From Kiritimatiellia bacterium (GTDB lineage Bacteria; Verrucomicrobiota; Kiritimatiellia; CAIVKH01): a DNA stretch of 64,000 nucleotides. Shown here one piece after another: positions 19,598 to 31,207 of the stretch. Each line of letters opens with the position of its first letter. Position 1 is the first letter of the stretch. The notes beneath the pieces are model-generated. The model had not been told where the DNA came from. It saw only the letters and a program-made list of their open reading frames with translations, and made no database searches. The position numbers and the translations under genes were made by a program. The DNA lies in assembly GCA_025054615.1 (NCBI GenBank), contig JANWZO010000006.1:7596-71595 (forward strand). The letters run 5' to 3'.

Positions 19598-21351
19598 AGC
19601 CGATGACGACCGGCCGCGAATGGGCGACGTATCGGCGTCTGCTGGCGTTTGCACGGCCGTACTGGTTCCGCATTGTGGCCGGCGGTTTTTTTGGCGTGGT
19701 GTTTGGCGGATCCACCACCGCGCTGCTCGTGGCGCTGAAGAACACGCTCGCCCGCGTTTTCAATCCCGATGAATACTCTCTCGCGGCGGCTTTCGCCGTA
19801 GCCGTATCGCTGCCGATGATCGGGCTTGCCCGCGGGCTGGGATTCTACGCGAGCACCTATTTGCTGGAATGGGTGGGCAATCGCGTCGTGTTCGACCTGC
19901 GGGCTGCGATGTTTGCCCGGCTTCAGGAGCTTTCGATCGCCTTCTACGGCGCAAACCGCGCGGGCGACCTGATCTCGCGAACGACCAACGACACGCAGAT
20001 GGTCGAGCGCGCCGTGTCAACCGTGCTCGCCGACCTCGCGCGACAGCCTTTCACCTTTCTCGGACTGGTCGGATTTTTGCTGTGGCTGGACTGGAAATTG
20101 GCGGTGATCAGCCTCGCGTTGTTTCCGATCTGCATCCTTCCGGTCGCGCTGTTCGGGCGCCGCGTACGCCGGGCGTCGCGGGAAGGCCAAGAGCGCATGG
20201 CGGACCTCGTTTCCATCCTCGAGGAGACGATTGCGGGCGCGCGAATCGTCAAGGCGTTCGGCATGGAGCAGCGGGAAATTGCGCGATTTGTCGAGCGTAG
20301 CCGCGGCGTCTTTTCGCGGGCCATGCGCGTGACGCGCGCGCGTGCGGCGATCGAACCGATCATTGTGCTGATCTCGCTCGTCGGGTTCGGCCTGATCCTC
20401 CTGTATGCGCGATGGCGCGAGATGCGATTCGAGGAGTTCTTCACGTTCGGCGCCGCACTGGTCGCAATGTATGAGCCGGTCAAAAAACTCAGCCGGATTC
20501 ATTTGAACATCCAGCAGAGCTCGGCGGCGGCCGACCGCATTTTCGAGCTGCTGGACCAGCCGGTCCTCGTCCGAGAAAAGCCGGGCGCCCGCCCGCTTGC
20601 GGAGCCGATCGAACGAATCGCTTTCGAGCGCGTCAGTTTTGCCTACGGCGACAAACTCGTGCTGCAGGACATCGAATTTGAGGCGCGGCGCGGCGCATGT
20701 ATCGCGCTGGTCGGCGCCTCCGGTTCCGGCAAAACGACGCTCGTGAGCCTGTTGCCTCGCTTCTACGACGTGACCGGCGGCCGCATCACCATCAACGGAA
20801 CGGACATCCGCGAGTTCACGCTCGAGTCTCTACGCCGGCACATCAGCCTCGTCACCCAGGAAACGGTTCTCTTCAACGATAGCGTGGCCAACAACATCGC
20901 CTACGGATCGCCTTCCGCCTCGCGCGCGCAGATCGAGGACGCGGCCCGGCGCGCGCACGCGCATGAATTCATTTTGGAGCTGCCGGAGGGATACGACACG
21001 GTCATCGGAGACAGGGGCAGCCGATTGTCGGGCGGCCAGCGCCAGCGCCTCGCGATCGCCCGGGCCCTGCTGCGCGACGCGCCGGTTTTGATCCTCGATG
21101 AAGCGACGAGCGCGCTGGACACGGAAAGCGAGCGACTCGTGCAAGCGGCGCTCGATCGCCTGATGTCCGGTCGCACCGTGTTCGCCATCGCCCATCGGCT
21201 CTCGACCATCCAGCATGCCGACCTGATCCTTGTGCTGGAGCAGGGCCGCATCGCGGAACGGGGAACCCATGCCGAACTGATCGCGGCCGGAGGACTATAC
21301 CGGCGGCTCTATGACATGCAGTTCAATATGGCCGCCGCCCGCGATTCGTGA
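19594..21351 (+). CDS. ABC transporter ATP-binding protein/permease (MsbA-like lipid/multidrug exporter)
   Basis: Six-TM exporter domain plus NBD (GASGSGKTTL, LSGGQRQRLAIARALL, ILDEATSALD). Overlaps the trxB stop by 4 nt. Confidence 0.9.
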   Translation: MKPMTTGREWATYRRLLAFARPYWFRIVAGGFFGVVFGGSTTALLVALKNTLARVFNPDEYSLAAAFAVAVSLPMIGLARGLGFYASTYLLEWVGNRVVFDLRAAMFARLQELSIAFYGANRAGDLISRTTNDTQMVERAVSTVLADLARQPFTFLGLVGFLLWLDWKLAVISLALFPICILPVALFGRRVRRASREGQERMADLVSILEETIAGARIVKAFGMEQREIARFVERSRGVFSRAMRVTRARAAIEPIIVLISLVGFGLILLYARWREMRFEEFFTFGAALVAMYEPVKKLSRIHLNIQQSSAAADRIFELLDQPVLVREKPGARPLAEPIERIAFERVSFAYGDKLVLQDIEFEARRGACIALVGASGSGKTTLVSLLPRFYDVTGGRITINGTDIREFTLESLRRHISLVTQETVLFNDSVANNIAYGSPSASRAQIEDAARRAHAHEFILELPEGYDTVIGDRGSRLSGGQRQRLAIARALLRDAPVLILDEATSALDTESERLVQAALDRLMSGRTVFAIAHRLSTIQHADLILVLEQGRIAERGTHAELIAAGGLYRRLYDMQFNMAAARDS

Positions 21352-21402
21352 ACAGGAGCCGGCACTCGGCGCCCTCGCGGGGTCGGACAGCGGAGCGGCA
21401 GC

Positions 21403-21888
21403 CTAATGAGGCGGCGGCTTGTCGGCGAGGGCGGCCTTGACCTCGTCGGTCAGATATTTCGCGTCGGTAAACGGCGGGGGGAACGGCGGCGCATCGGCCA
21501 TTTTGCGGCTCGCGTTCAACACGTCGCGCCGGCTGATCTGCCCCACCAGGCGACCGTTTTCCAAAACCGGGAGCCGCCGAAAGGTGTTGTTGAGAAAAAC
21601 TTGAGCGGCGTGAAAGATATCCGCATCCGGGCTGATGGTGACCACGTTGGTGTTCATATAGTCCTCAACGTCGCCCGGGTCCGAATGGTAAAACGCCGCA
21701 TTCGCGAAAACTCGCAAACAGTCTTTTTCCGAGAGCGTGCCGATCAGTTTTCCGTTGTCGTCCACTACAGGCGCGCCGGAAATGCGGTGCTTCAAAAGGA
21801 TGTCGATGGCCTCCCGGATCGGCATCCTGGGCCGCAAGGTCACCAAATTGGTGACCATAAAATCCCGAACAGTCGGCACTTTGCCCAT
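21403..21888 (-). CDS. CBS-pair domain protein
   Basis: Two CBS motifs (VRDFMVTNLVTLRPRMPIREAIDILLKHRISGAPVVD..., VEDYMNTNVVTISPDADIFHAAQVF...RLPVLENGRLVGQISRRDVL). Confidence 0.8.
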   Translation of the reverse strand: MGKVPTVRDFMVTNLVTLRPRMPIREAIDILLKHRISGAPVVDDNGKLIGTLSEKDCLRVFANAAFYHSDPGDVEDYMNTNVVTISPDADIFHAAQVFLNNTFRRLPVLENGRLVGQISRRDVLNASRKMADAPPFPPPFTDAKYLTDEVKAALADKPPPH

Positions 21889-22874
21889 GGATCAATTCTC
21901 CTGCGCAGATGATAACGCTCCGCCATATAGGTGGCAACTCACCTTTTGCGGCATCCTGCTGACGACCGACAGGACCGGCCGCTCACGGGGGCAGCGGTCC
22001 ATCGCGAGCGGACAACGCGGGTGGAAGGCACAGCCCCCCGGCGGATTCGCCGGCGAAGGCGTCTCGCCGCGAAGCGCCAAACGCTCTCGTCTCTCCCGAC
22101 CGGGCACCGGAACGGCCGAAATGAGCGAGCGCGTGTAGGGATGTGCTGGTTGCTCGAGAACCGCCTCGGCCGGCCCCTCCTCGACGATCCGGCCGAGGTA
22201 CATGACCGCGATGCGATCCGCCAGAAAACGCACAACGTTGATGTCGTGCGTGATGAACAGGTACGAAAGTCGGTAGCGCTCTCTCAGGTCAATCAGCAAG
22301 TTAAGCACTTGCGCCTGCACCGACACGTCGAGCGCACTGACCGGCTCGTCGCAGATGACCAGCTCCGGCTTCAGTGCCAGCGCCCTTGCGATGCTGATGC
22401 GTTGCCGCTGCCCGCCGGAGAACTCAAAGGGGTACCGGTGCAGCGCGCTGGCGTCCATCCCCACGTCCTCCAGCAGCTTGCGCGCGGTCTCCTCGCGCGA
22501 TGTCTCCAGAAGGCCATGATGGGCCAGCGCCTCTGTCAACAGATCGACAATCGGCAACCGGGGATTGAGCGACGCAGCGGGGTCTTGAAAAACCATCTGG
22601 ATCTTGCGCTGCAGGACCGGCTCCCGGATCCCGGCGGGCAGCGGCGTCCCGCGCCAGAACATCTCACCCGCTCTCGGAATTTCCAGCCCGGCGATCGTCC
22701 GGCCAAGCGTCGTTTTGCCGCAGCCGGACTCGCCGACCACCGCCAGCGTCTCCCCCTCCCGAATCACGAGATCGACGTCGGTCAGCGCCTGAATGAAGCC
22801 GACCGTCCTCGACCACACGCCGCGGCGGATCGGATACCACGTGGTCAACCCCCGGACCTCCAGCAAGGGCGCGC

Positions 22875-23929
<1,055 letters not shown>

Positions 23930-23933
<4 letters not shown>

Positions 23934-25525
23934 TCGAGCCTCGAATAGGGCTTGGGATCAAACGCCTGCCGCACGCCTTCCCCGATGAAAACGCCAAGAA
24001 GCATGACGACAAAGAGGGCCAAAGAGGGATAGAGCGTCAGCCACCATGCCCACGGATATTCCTGCGCCTGGGACAGCGCCTCACCCCAACTAGGCGTGGG
24101 AGGCGGCAATCCGAAGCCGAGGAAATCCAAAGCGGCCAGCGTCCCAATCGCGCTGACCAGCGAGAAGGGGAAAAAGGTGACGAGGGGAACCAGCGCGTTC
24201 GGAAGGATGTGCCGGAACATGATGCGCCACGCGGGCAGTCCCTGGGCCCTTGCCGCTTCGACGAACGGCCAGTGGCGCAAGCGCAGAAACTCCGCCCGCA
24301 TGTAGTAGGAAATCCCAATCCAATTGAAGAGCGCGTAACAGAACAGCAGTAGCTCGAAACTCCGGCCGTAGATAGACCCCATCAGGATCAAAATGTACAA
24401 AAACGGCAACGAATCCCAGATTTCGACGAGCCGCTGTCCCACCAGATCCGTGACCCCGCCCCGGTATCCCTGCAGCGCACCCACCAGAGTCCCCACGGCC
24501 ATCGAAGCGGCCACCAGCAACATGGAGAAGGTCATCGAGATCCGGAATCCATAGATCAGCCGCGCGAGGAGGTCGCGCCCCGCGCTGTCCAGCCCAAGCG
24601 GATGCCCCGCAACCGGGCGAAATGGAAATCGGATATCCTCGCGCTCCGCCCTCGCCGCATAGGGTCGCCCTTCGATCGAGATCTCCAGCGGATCCACCGG
24701 ACCCGAAAAGCGCCTCTCCGCAAGATCCAAAATCCGCGCACGATCGGACTCCCCGATCGATCGCCAGATCGGCGGCCATTCTCCAGATTCGGGCGCCAGC
24801 TCCCGGGTCAACGCCCAGCGCACCTCGCTGCGGCGCGAGGGCTCCTCGCGAAAGGTCAGGCGGACGGTCCGCGGCGGCGTCGCGCGAGGTGTGTACGCGG
24901 GCATCGAGATTTCGCACTCAAGTCCGTCCTTGCGCCGCGCGGGCGCCGAAATCGCGGCATCCGGCTGGTTCGCAAAACGCCTCTCCATCGCCTTCAGGAC
25001 CGCCTCCGGAACCACCCACCAGTCCGCAAGCCGCTGGCCTTCCTCGGCCCCATCCTCCCCGCCGAAGAAGTAGCCGGCGGACGTCCCCCGGGTCACCATG
25101 CCGTCCGGTGCGACGTTTACGCTGCCGACGCGCGCCCGCGGCGCGACCCGGAGCACAACCCGGTCCGGAAGTTGGATTCGTTCGGGCCGCACGATTTCAT
25201 ACGGGCCGTAGGGGTGCCATGCCCAGATCACGCGGTTCGACGGGTTGCCCGCGAATCGCTCGGAGCGCACAAACAATTTGTAATCCACCCGCGTGTCAGG
25301 GCCCTCGCCGAGAAGCGCCCGCTCGGTGTAGAAACGAAAAACGGGGAAAAAGTGACGTCCCTCAAACCGCAAATACAACGGGTTTGAATTGCAAAACAGC
25401 TCCGCCGCCAGGCTCAGCCCATAGGCCCCCGCGAGCAGGATCAGGGACCAGCGCGCCCGCCGCATCTCCCAAAAACGGCGGATCCGCCGCCGCGTGATCG
25501 GATGCAATCGCGCCAGCGGGCTCAT
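23930..25525 (-). CDS. Opp/Dpp-type ABC transporter permease (OppC-like) with ~230-aa N-terminal extracytoplasmic extension
   Basis: C-terminal half is a BPD-type permease (...LARLIYGFRISMTFSMLLV...). The N-terminal half begins with a TM helix followed by a long non-TM region. Confidence 0.8.
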
Positions 25526-26553
25526 GCGTGGAAATGGATCCGCGGGTCGATCAACACATAACAGAAATCCGACAGCACGCGGCCCACCAGACCCAAGACG
25601 GACGTCAGACTCAGGATCCCCATGAACAGCATGTAATCGCGGCTGATGATCGCCTCGAGACTCAGCAGCCCCATTCCGGGAATTTCAAATACGCGCTCAA
25701 TCAGGACAGACCCCGCGAACATCAGCGTCAACACACTGCCGAAGCCCGTCGCAATTGGAATCAGCGCGTTGCGCAGTGCGTGCCGCCAGACCGCGCGCCG
25801 GAAACTGCCGCCTTTGGCCAGGACCGTACGCACGTAATCCTGACTGATTTGTTCGAGCAGCGAATTCTTCATCAGTAGCGTCAACACCGCAAAATTTCCG
25901 ATCACGTAGCACAGCACCGGCAGGAACATGTGGCGCGCGATGTCCAGGACTTTCCCCCACCCATCGAGCGTGTGGAAATGCATCGAGTGGAACCCGCCCG
26001 CGGGAAACCAGTCGAACGCAAAATCCGTCGTGCCCGCAAAAAGACTTTTCAGCAACATGCCGAACGCGAACGCCGGAATCGCATAGCCGACAAACACCAC
26101 CACGCTCGACACCAGGTCAAACCCGCTGCCGTGCCGCATGGCCTTCGCGATCCCGAGCGGGATGCAAACCAGATACGTGAGAACGAACCCCGTGACGCCA
26201 AAGATCAGCGAAACCGGAAACCGCTCAAGGATCAACTGCCAAACGGTTTTGTTCGGATATTTGTACGATTCGACGGCCAGACCCATTCGGTCGGTCCAGA
26301 GCCACTTCCAGTACCGCTGCAGGATCGGCTTGTCGAAACCGAAATGCGCCTCGATCGCGCGGCGGTGTTCGGGGCTGATCGCTGCCGCGCCGCTCGCCCC
26401 CCTCGCGCCGTCCAACCCCCGCATTCGGATGATCGCCTGCTCGACCGGCCCACCCGGCACGAACTGGCAGAGGGCAAAACACACAAACGTGATCCCGACG
26501 AATGTCGGAACCACCAGGATCAGTCGCCGAATCAAATAACTCAAACGGTCCAT
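25522..26553 (-). CDS. Opp/Dpp-type ABC transporter permease (OppB-like)
   Basis: Typical OppB N-terminus (YLIRRLILVVPTFVGITFVCF) and EAA-like loop; 4-nt overlap with the downstream gene. Confidence 0.85.
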   Translation of the reverse strand: MDRLSYLIRRLILVVPTFVGITFVCFALCQFVPGGPVEQAIIRMRGLDGARGASGAAAISPEHRRAIEAHFGFDKPILQRYWKWLWTDRMGLAVESYKYPNKTVWQLILERFPVSLIFGVTGFVLTYLVCIPLGIAKAMRHGSGFDLVSSVVVFVGYAIPAFAFGMLLKSLFAGTTDFAFDWFPAGGFHSMHFHTLDGWGKVLDIARHMFLPVLCYVIGNFAVLTLLMKNSLLEQISQDYVRTVLAKGGSFRRAVWRHALRNALIPIATGFGSVLTLMFAGSVLIERVFEIPGMGLLSLEAIISRDYMLFMGILSLTSVLGLVGRVLSDFCYVLIDPRIHFHA

Positions 26554-26588
26554 GTGCCGACTCGCCGCGCAGCCCGCTGACGCACTGC

Positions 26589-27605
26589 CTAGAAAAGCTC
26601 CGGCTGCCTCGCGCGCGGAGGAAGTCCAAATTTCTTGTAGCAGAGATCGGTGGCCACCCGACCTTGCGGCGTCCGCTTCAAATAGCCCTCCTGGATCAAA
26701 TACGGCTCGTATACCTCCTCAATCGTGCCCGCCTCTTCGCCCACCGAGACGGCCAGCGAATTCACGCCCACGGGCCCTCCGCCGAACTTGTGGACGATCG
26801 TCTCCAGAATCCGTTTGTCCATCTCGTCGAGACCGTGCTCGTCGATGTCGAGCATCGACAGCGCCTGGTCCGCCACCTCGCGCGTGATCCGGTTCCCGGC
26901 GCGGACCTGAGCATAATCGCGAACCCATCGCAGCAGATTGTTCGCGATTCGCGGAGTCCCGCGCGCCCGCTGCGCGATTTCCCGCGCGCCGGCCTCATCG
27001 ATGTCCACGTTCAGGATCCGCGCCGACCGCGTCACGATCTGCATCAGCTCCTCCGGCGTGTAGTAATCGAGCCGGTTCGCCAGCCCAAATCGGGAGCGGA
27101 GCGGCGCGGAGATCAGCCCGCTGCGCGTCGTCGCGCCGACCAGCGTGAATTTCGGCAGCGTCAGGCGGACCGACCGCGCGTTCGGGCCCTGGTCAATCAC
27201 GATATCCAGCACATAATCCTCCATCGCCGAGTAGAGATATTCCTCCACCGCCTTTGGCAGCCGGTGAATCTCGTCGATGAAGAGGATGTCCCCCTTCTGC
27301 AGATTTGTTAGCAGGCCCGCCAGCTCGCCGGCCTTCGTGATCACCGGGCCGGACGTCGCCTTGACGTTCACGCCCATCGCCTCACCGATGATGAAGGCGA
27401 GCGTCGTCTTCCCCAGCCCCGGCGGCCCGAAGAGCAGAATGTGGTCCAGTACGTCGCCCCGCCCGCGCGCGGCCGCCACAAACAGCTCCAGCCGCTCCCT
27501 CACCTTCGCCTGCCCAATGAAATCCGAAAACTTCGAGGGCCGCAGCGAGACGTCAAACTCCGTGTCCGCGCGGTTCAGCGTGTTGGTGATGAAGCGATCC
27601 GCCAT
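26589..27605 (-). CDS. ruvB: Holliday junction branch migration ATPase RuvB
   Basis: [13 protein letters not shown], sensor motifs, and C-terminal winged helix; collinear with RuvB. Confidence 0.95.
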   Translation of the reverse strand: MADRFITNTLNRADTEFDVSLRPSKFSDFIGQAKVRERLELFVAAARGRGDVLDHILLFGPPGLGKTTLAFIIGEAMGVNVKATSGPVITKAGELAGLLTNLQKGDILFIDEIHRLPKAVEEYLYSAMEDYVLDIVIDQGPNARSVRLTLPKFTLVGATTRSGLISAPLRSRFGLANRLDYYTPEELMQIVTRSARILNVDIDEAGAREIAQRARGTPRIANNLLRWVRDYAQVRAGNRITREVADQALSMLDIDEHGLDEMDKRILETIVHKFGGGPVGVNSLAVSVGEEAGTIEEVYEPYLIQEGYLKRTPQGRVATDLCYKKFGLPPRARQPELF

Positions 27606-27716
27606 ACGTTCAGCCCGCGGATTCTACACGGACCGCCCCGTTTGGACACCGTTTTTGCGGCCCTTCATCGGTTTCCGCTGCTCCTCAAGCGCGCGGCGAG
27701 TCCGTCGGCCTGCCGG

Positions 27717-27896
27717 CCGGCGCCGATTTTTCCATTCCATGGAAATTCTTCCCGAAATTTTTCCATGGCATGGAAATTTCCGCGAAAATTTTTCCATCGC
27801 ATGGAAATTTTCGCGCGAGTTTTTCCATGGCATGGAAAATTTTTTCAGCGATTTTCCATGGCATGGAAATTTTCTCCGGCGATTTTCCATACGATG
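27717..27896. repeat. Tandem array of six 31-32-bp direct repeats, each with palindromic core TTTCCATG-N1-CATGGAAA followed by ATTTT and a variable G/C segment; located between ruvA and ruvB
   Basis: Seen directly: units start near 27720, 27751, 27782, 27813, 27845 and 27876. Cores are TTCCATGGAAATT, TTTCCATGGCATGGAAATTT, TTTCCATCGCATGGAAATTTT, TTTCCATGGCATGGAAAATTTT, TTTCCATGGCATGGAAATTTT, TTTCCATACGATGGAAAATTT. Non-coding: the unit length is not a multiple of 3. Confidence 0.9.
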
Positions 27897-28004
27897 GAAA
27901 ATTTCCGGGCCTCGTTTCGGAATGGAGGGGCGATCATCAACGCATCTTTTCGGAAGGCCCGGCAAATCGCCGCCGGCGACGCGCCGCGCGGCGGGCCGTT
28001 CGGG

Positions 28005-28607
28005 TCAGCTCGCGCGCGAGAGCGCCTTACGGACGAGGTCCTCGACCGTCGCGGCGGGCCCCGACTCCGACAGCGCGGCCCGAACCATGGCGAGCGCCTC
28101 GGCCTGCTTGTAGCCGAGGGATACAAGGGCGAGCACCGCGTCGCGGGCGCGCAGGTCCTCCGCAGAGGGCGTGGCCGCGCCGGACACGGCCTCGAGCATT
28201 TCCCCTTCGGTCAGCTTGTCTTTGAGTTCCACGATGATTTTTTCCGCCGTCTTGCGCCCGATCCCTTTGACGGAAGCGAGTCGGCGGACGTCCTGCTCGG
28301 CGATCGCCGCCTTGATCTCGCGCACGGACAGGCCGCCGAGCACGCCGAGCGCCGTTTTGGGGCCGACCCCTGCCACCGTGCACAGCAGCCGGAAAATCCG
28401 ACGCTCCTCCTCGGCGGCGAAGGCGTAAAGCTCGTGCGCGTCCTCGCGGATGTGCAGCACGGTGAGGACCTTGCACGAGGCGCCCTCGGGCGGTAGCCGA
28501 TCGTAGCTGGAGAGCGGAATCCACGCCTCGTAGCCGACCCCGCCGACGTTGACCACGATTCGGCCCGGCTGCTTTTCCTCGAGGACGCCTTGCAGGAATG
28601 AAATCAT
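28005..28607 (-). CDS. ruvA: Holliday junction DNA helicase RuvA
   Basis: N-terminal OB-fold (MISFLQGVLEEK...VVNVGGVGYEAWIP), HhH motifs (GVGPKTALGVL...VKGIGRKTAEKII), and C-terminal domain III. Confidence 0.9.
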   Translation of the reverse strand: MISFLQGVLEEKQPGRIVVNVGGVGYEAWIPLSSYDRLPPEGASCKVLTVLHIREDAHELYAFAAEEERRIFRLLCTVAGVGPKTALGVLGGLSVREIKAAIAEQDVRRLASVKGIGRKTAEKIIVELKDKLTEGEMLEAVSGAATPSAEDLRARDAVLALVSLGYKQAEALAMVRAALSESGPAATVEDLVRKALSRAS

Positions 28608-28693
28608 CGGGGGCGATCAAACCACGAACAGCGGGCGGTGGGAAGCCGCAACTCGCGCCGCCCGGCCGTGGAGGGCGCAGCGATTGAGCCGAG

Positions 28694-30274
28694 TCATGGC
28701 GCGTAGCGGCGAAGAAGGTCTAGCGCCTGTGCCCGTTCGCGCGCCTGCTGGGCTGCCGCCGGGCGACCCTGCAATTCGCGGACCACTGCCAGATTTGCCC
28801 AGGCTTCCGACTTGCCGGGCCGGCGGCGCACCGCCTCTTCCAGCCGCGCCGAGGCGGAGTCGAGGTCGCCTCGGCGTCCGTCGAGAATGGCAAGGTTGAT
28901 CAGTGCGGTGACGTCCTGCGGGTTGAGCAGATCCGCCCGCGCAAACCAGAGGGCGGCCGACTCCAGGTCGCCGCGCTCGAGCGCGGCCAATCCGAGCCAG
29001 GTGTGCGCGCGAGCGCTGCGCGGTTCGACGCGCAGGGTCGCGCGCCAGAGAGTTTCGTCATCTCGCCAGTCCTGCAGTCGGAGCTGGAGCAGGGCCAAGA
29101 AGGTCACAGCAAGTAGCGTCAGCCCCACGCGGACCCACGACCGGCTCAGAGGCAGAGAAGCCGCCAGCATCGCGAAACCAGGGATCATCGCGTAGGCATA
29201 CCGCTCGGCAAACGGGTTGAAGAGCGGCACGAGGTTCGAGACCGGCCCGAACTGCAGGGCGATCCAACCCATCCCAAGCGCTGCCAGCGGGACCCGTCGA
29301 CGCATCGCTACGGCTGCGCTGGCCCAAGCGACCGCGACGCCGACGGCCATAAGAAATCGCGGGGACATGATCGCGGCGACCGGCTCGATGACCCGGTCGA
29401 CGCAAAGCGGCCACGGGACTGCCATCAGGCCGAGGTAGCGAAGAAACAGATCTGGCGCCGTGAGGAGATTTTGCGGCCAACGAAGCGACAGGCCGTTCCA
29501 TTCGGTCCCCGTCGCCTGCGCGGGGCGGTAGGCGTAGGCCGTCGCGAACCACGCCGCAGCTAGCGCGAGCGCGACGGCAAACTCAGCCGCCATCCGTCCG
29601 CGACTCGGCCTTTCCGACGGAAATAGCCACCACACCAGCGCGGCGAGGAACGGCAGCGCGGCCGCGCTCTCCTTGGCGCCCAGCGCAAAGACCAGCGACG
29701 CCATCTGGAGCGCGACACGGATCCCGGCTTGGCGGATGCCGCCCGACGCTAGCGCAGCGAGCATTCCGAATAGCGCGAGGGCGTCCTCTCGGAACGCGGG
29801 CGATTGCACACCCTCGGAGGCGAGAGGATGTACGGCGAAAAGCAGCGCGGCCGCAAAGGCCCGCGCGTCCGCGCGCGCGTCGCCCTGACGATGGAGGACG
29901 CCGCGTAGCCAGGCAAAAAGCAGGGCCGCCGACGCGGCATGGACGATGAGGTTGGTCAGGCGATAGCGCCACGCTTCGCGGGCGCCGAGCGCACGGTCCA
30001 AAAGGATCGACAGAAGCAGCGTCGGCCGCTGGCCGTCGAGCACGCGCGGGTCGAACATCGTGCGCAGCGTCAGTGTTTGGCGCCAGGCATCCGGCGAATC
30101 CCAGAACCGATTTTCGACAAGGGCGCCATGATCGTCATAAACAAAGCCGTGAAAAAGGCCGGACGCGTAGGCCGCGAAGGCAACCACCGCAACGAGGCCG
30201 GCGGCGAACCGTGCCCGCGCGGGCGTCATTTGACATACCCGAATTGTTTGAGGAGCCAGTAATTCTGGTCCCAC
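28694..30274 (-). CDS. Multi-TM membrane protein with C-terminal TPR repeats (PMT_2/DUF1736-like, O-mannosyltransferase-like architecture)
   Basis: N-terminal YDDHGALVEN-type motif after the first TM, ~10 TM helices, then TPR repeats (AHTWLGLAALERGDLESAALWFARA...). Confidence 0.65.
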   Translation of the reverse strand: MGPELLAPQTIRVCQMTPARARFAAGLVAVVAFAAYASGLFHGFVYDDHGALVENRFWDSPDAWRQTLTLRTMFDPRVLDGQRPTLLLSILLDRALGAREAWRYRLTNLIVHAASAALLFAWLRGVLHRQGDARADARAFAAALLFAVHPLASEGVQSPAFREDALALFGMLAALASGGIRQAGIRVALQMASLVFALGAKESAAALPFLAALVWWLFPSERPSRGRMAAEFAVALALAAAWFATAYAYRPAQATGTEWNGLSLRWPQNLLTAPDLFLRYLGLMAVPWPLCVDRVIEPVAAIMSPRFLMAVGVAVAWASAAVAMRRRVPLAALGMGWIALQFGPVSNLVPLFNPFAERYAYAMIPGFAMLAASLPLSRSWVRVGLTLLAVTFLALLQLRLQDWRDDETLWRATLRVEPRSARAHTWLGLAALERGDLESAALWFARADLLNPQDVTALINLAILDGRRGDLDSASARLEEAVRRRPGKSEAWANLAVVRELQGRPAAAQQARERAQALDLLRRYAP

Positions 30275-31176
30275 TTCGGTTCAACCTTGACCCACAGGTC
30301 GAGGGAAACGGGGTGATCATAGATCGCCTGCAACTCGGTCTCCGCCGCGCGTCGCACTTTGCGCAGCAGACGACCTTTTTCGCCGATCACAATGCCCTTC
30401 TGGGAATTCTTTCTCACATAAATCAGCGCGCGGACACGCCAGGGGTCCGAGCTGTCGTCCAGCTCTTCAACCCAGACGGCGACGGCATGCGGCAGCTCAT
30501 CGCGCAGCTCTGCGAAGAGTTTCTCGCGGATGATGTCGGCGATGGCGAGCTTTCTCGGATAGTCGGTCAAGATGTCCTCGGGAAACAGCAAGGGCCCCTC
30601 CGGCACGGAGCGGAACAGCGTAGCGACCAGTTCATCGAGTCCCTGTCCGGTGACGGCGGAGACCTCGACCCAGATCGGCGAGGGCCTCTCCACGGCATCG
30701 AACGGTTTGGCGGCGGCCCACGACGCGCGCAGCTCACCGGCATAGCGGCCGCCGAGGTCCATTTTGTTGAGCGCCGCGACGATGGGGAGGGTTTCCTTGT
30801 GGAGCTTCTTCATCCAGCCAAGGTCCTCCTCGCGAGGCGGGGCGTGGGCGTCGAGGACAAGCAGCGCGACATCCGCTCCCTCGGCGGCGCTTCGGGCGAG
30901 CCGGTTCATCACGCGACCGAGGGGGCCGACCGCCTTATGGATGCCGGGCGTGTCATGAAAGACGAGCTGGCCGCGCGGATCGGTGAGAATACCCCGAACG
31001 ATGTTGCGGGTGGTTTGCGCGACCGGCGACACGATGCTGACTTTTTCTCCAAGAATCGCATTGAGCAACGACGATTTGCCGACGTTGGCGCGGCCGATCA
31101 GCGCGACTACGCCAGCGCGCGTGGTGGGGGTTGCCGGCGCGTTCGCAGCGTTGTCTAATGAAGTCGGTTCGTCGGT
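30226..31176 (-). CDS. era: GTPase Era
   Basis: G1 GRANVGKSSL, G2 TTR, G3 DTPG, G4 NKMD, and C-terminal KH domain (VAVWVEELD...ALIYVRKNSQKGIVIGEKG). The long ORF (to 31626) is trimmed to the internal ATG (MTDEP..) because the upstream part overlaps the divergent gene; start approximate. Confidence 0.85.
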   Translation of the reverse strand, partial: TDEPTSLDNAANAPATPTTRAGVVALIGRANVGKSSLLNAILGEKVSIVSPVAQTTRNIVRGILTDPRGQLVFHDTPGIHKAVGPLGRVMNRLARSAAEGADVALLVLDAHAPPREEDLGWMKKLHKETLPIVAALNKMDLGGRYAGELRASWAAAKPFDAVERPSPIWVEVSAVTGQGLDELVATLFRSVPEGPLLFPEDILTDYPRKLAIADIIREKLFAELRDELPHAVAVWVEELDDSSDPWRVRALIYVRKNSQKGIVIGEKGRLLRKVRRAAETELQAIYDHPVSLDLWVKVEPKWDQNYWLLKQFGYVK

Positions 31177-31207
31177 CATTGGACTGGCGGCGAGAGGATA
31201 GTGCAAC

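Noticed and set aside
27748-27769. Possible sigma-54 promoter (TGGCAT...TTTTCGC) within repeat units
   Set aside because: Spacing does not place a GC at -12 relative to the GG at -24. The resemblance is limited to TGGCA.
27717-27896. CRISPR-like appearance of the regularly spaced repeats between ruvA and ruvB
   Set aside because: Units are only 31 bp in total (about 19-bp conserved core plus about 12-bp semi-variable segment). There are no unique spacers of CRISPR length and no cas genes or leader. The variable segments are similar GC-rich variants of one another.
27277-28496. Long ORFs (27277..28113, 27441..28496, 27770..28225 on plus; 27624..27965 on minus) encoding FPWHGNF/FSIAWKF/FFHGMENF repeat peptides
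   Set aside because: They are read through the 31-bp DNA repeats. Because 31 is not a multiple of 3, the 'protein repeat' cycles through all three frames every 93 bp. These are artefacts of the tandem DNA array and of GC-rich antisense sequence of ruvA.
28027-28620. ORF 28027..28620 (197 aa, Arg/Gly-rich) overlapping ruvA
   Set aside because: Alternative frame of ruvA. The ruvA frame (28005..28607) carries the OB-fold and HhH motifs.
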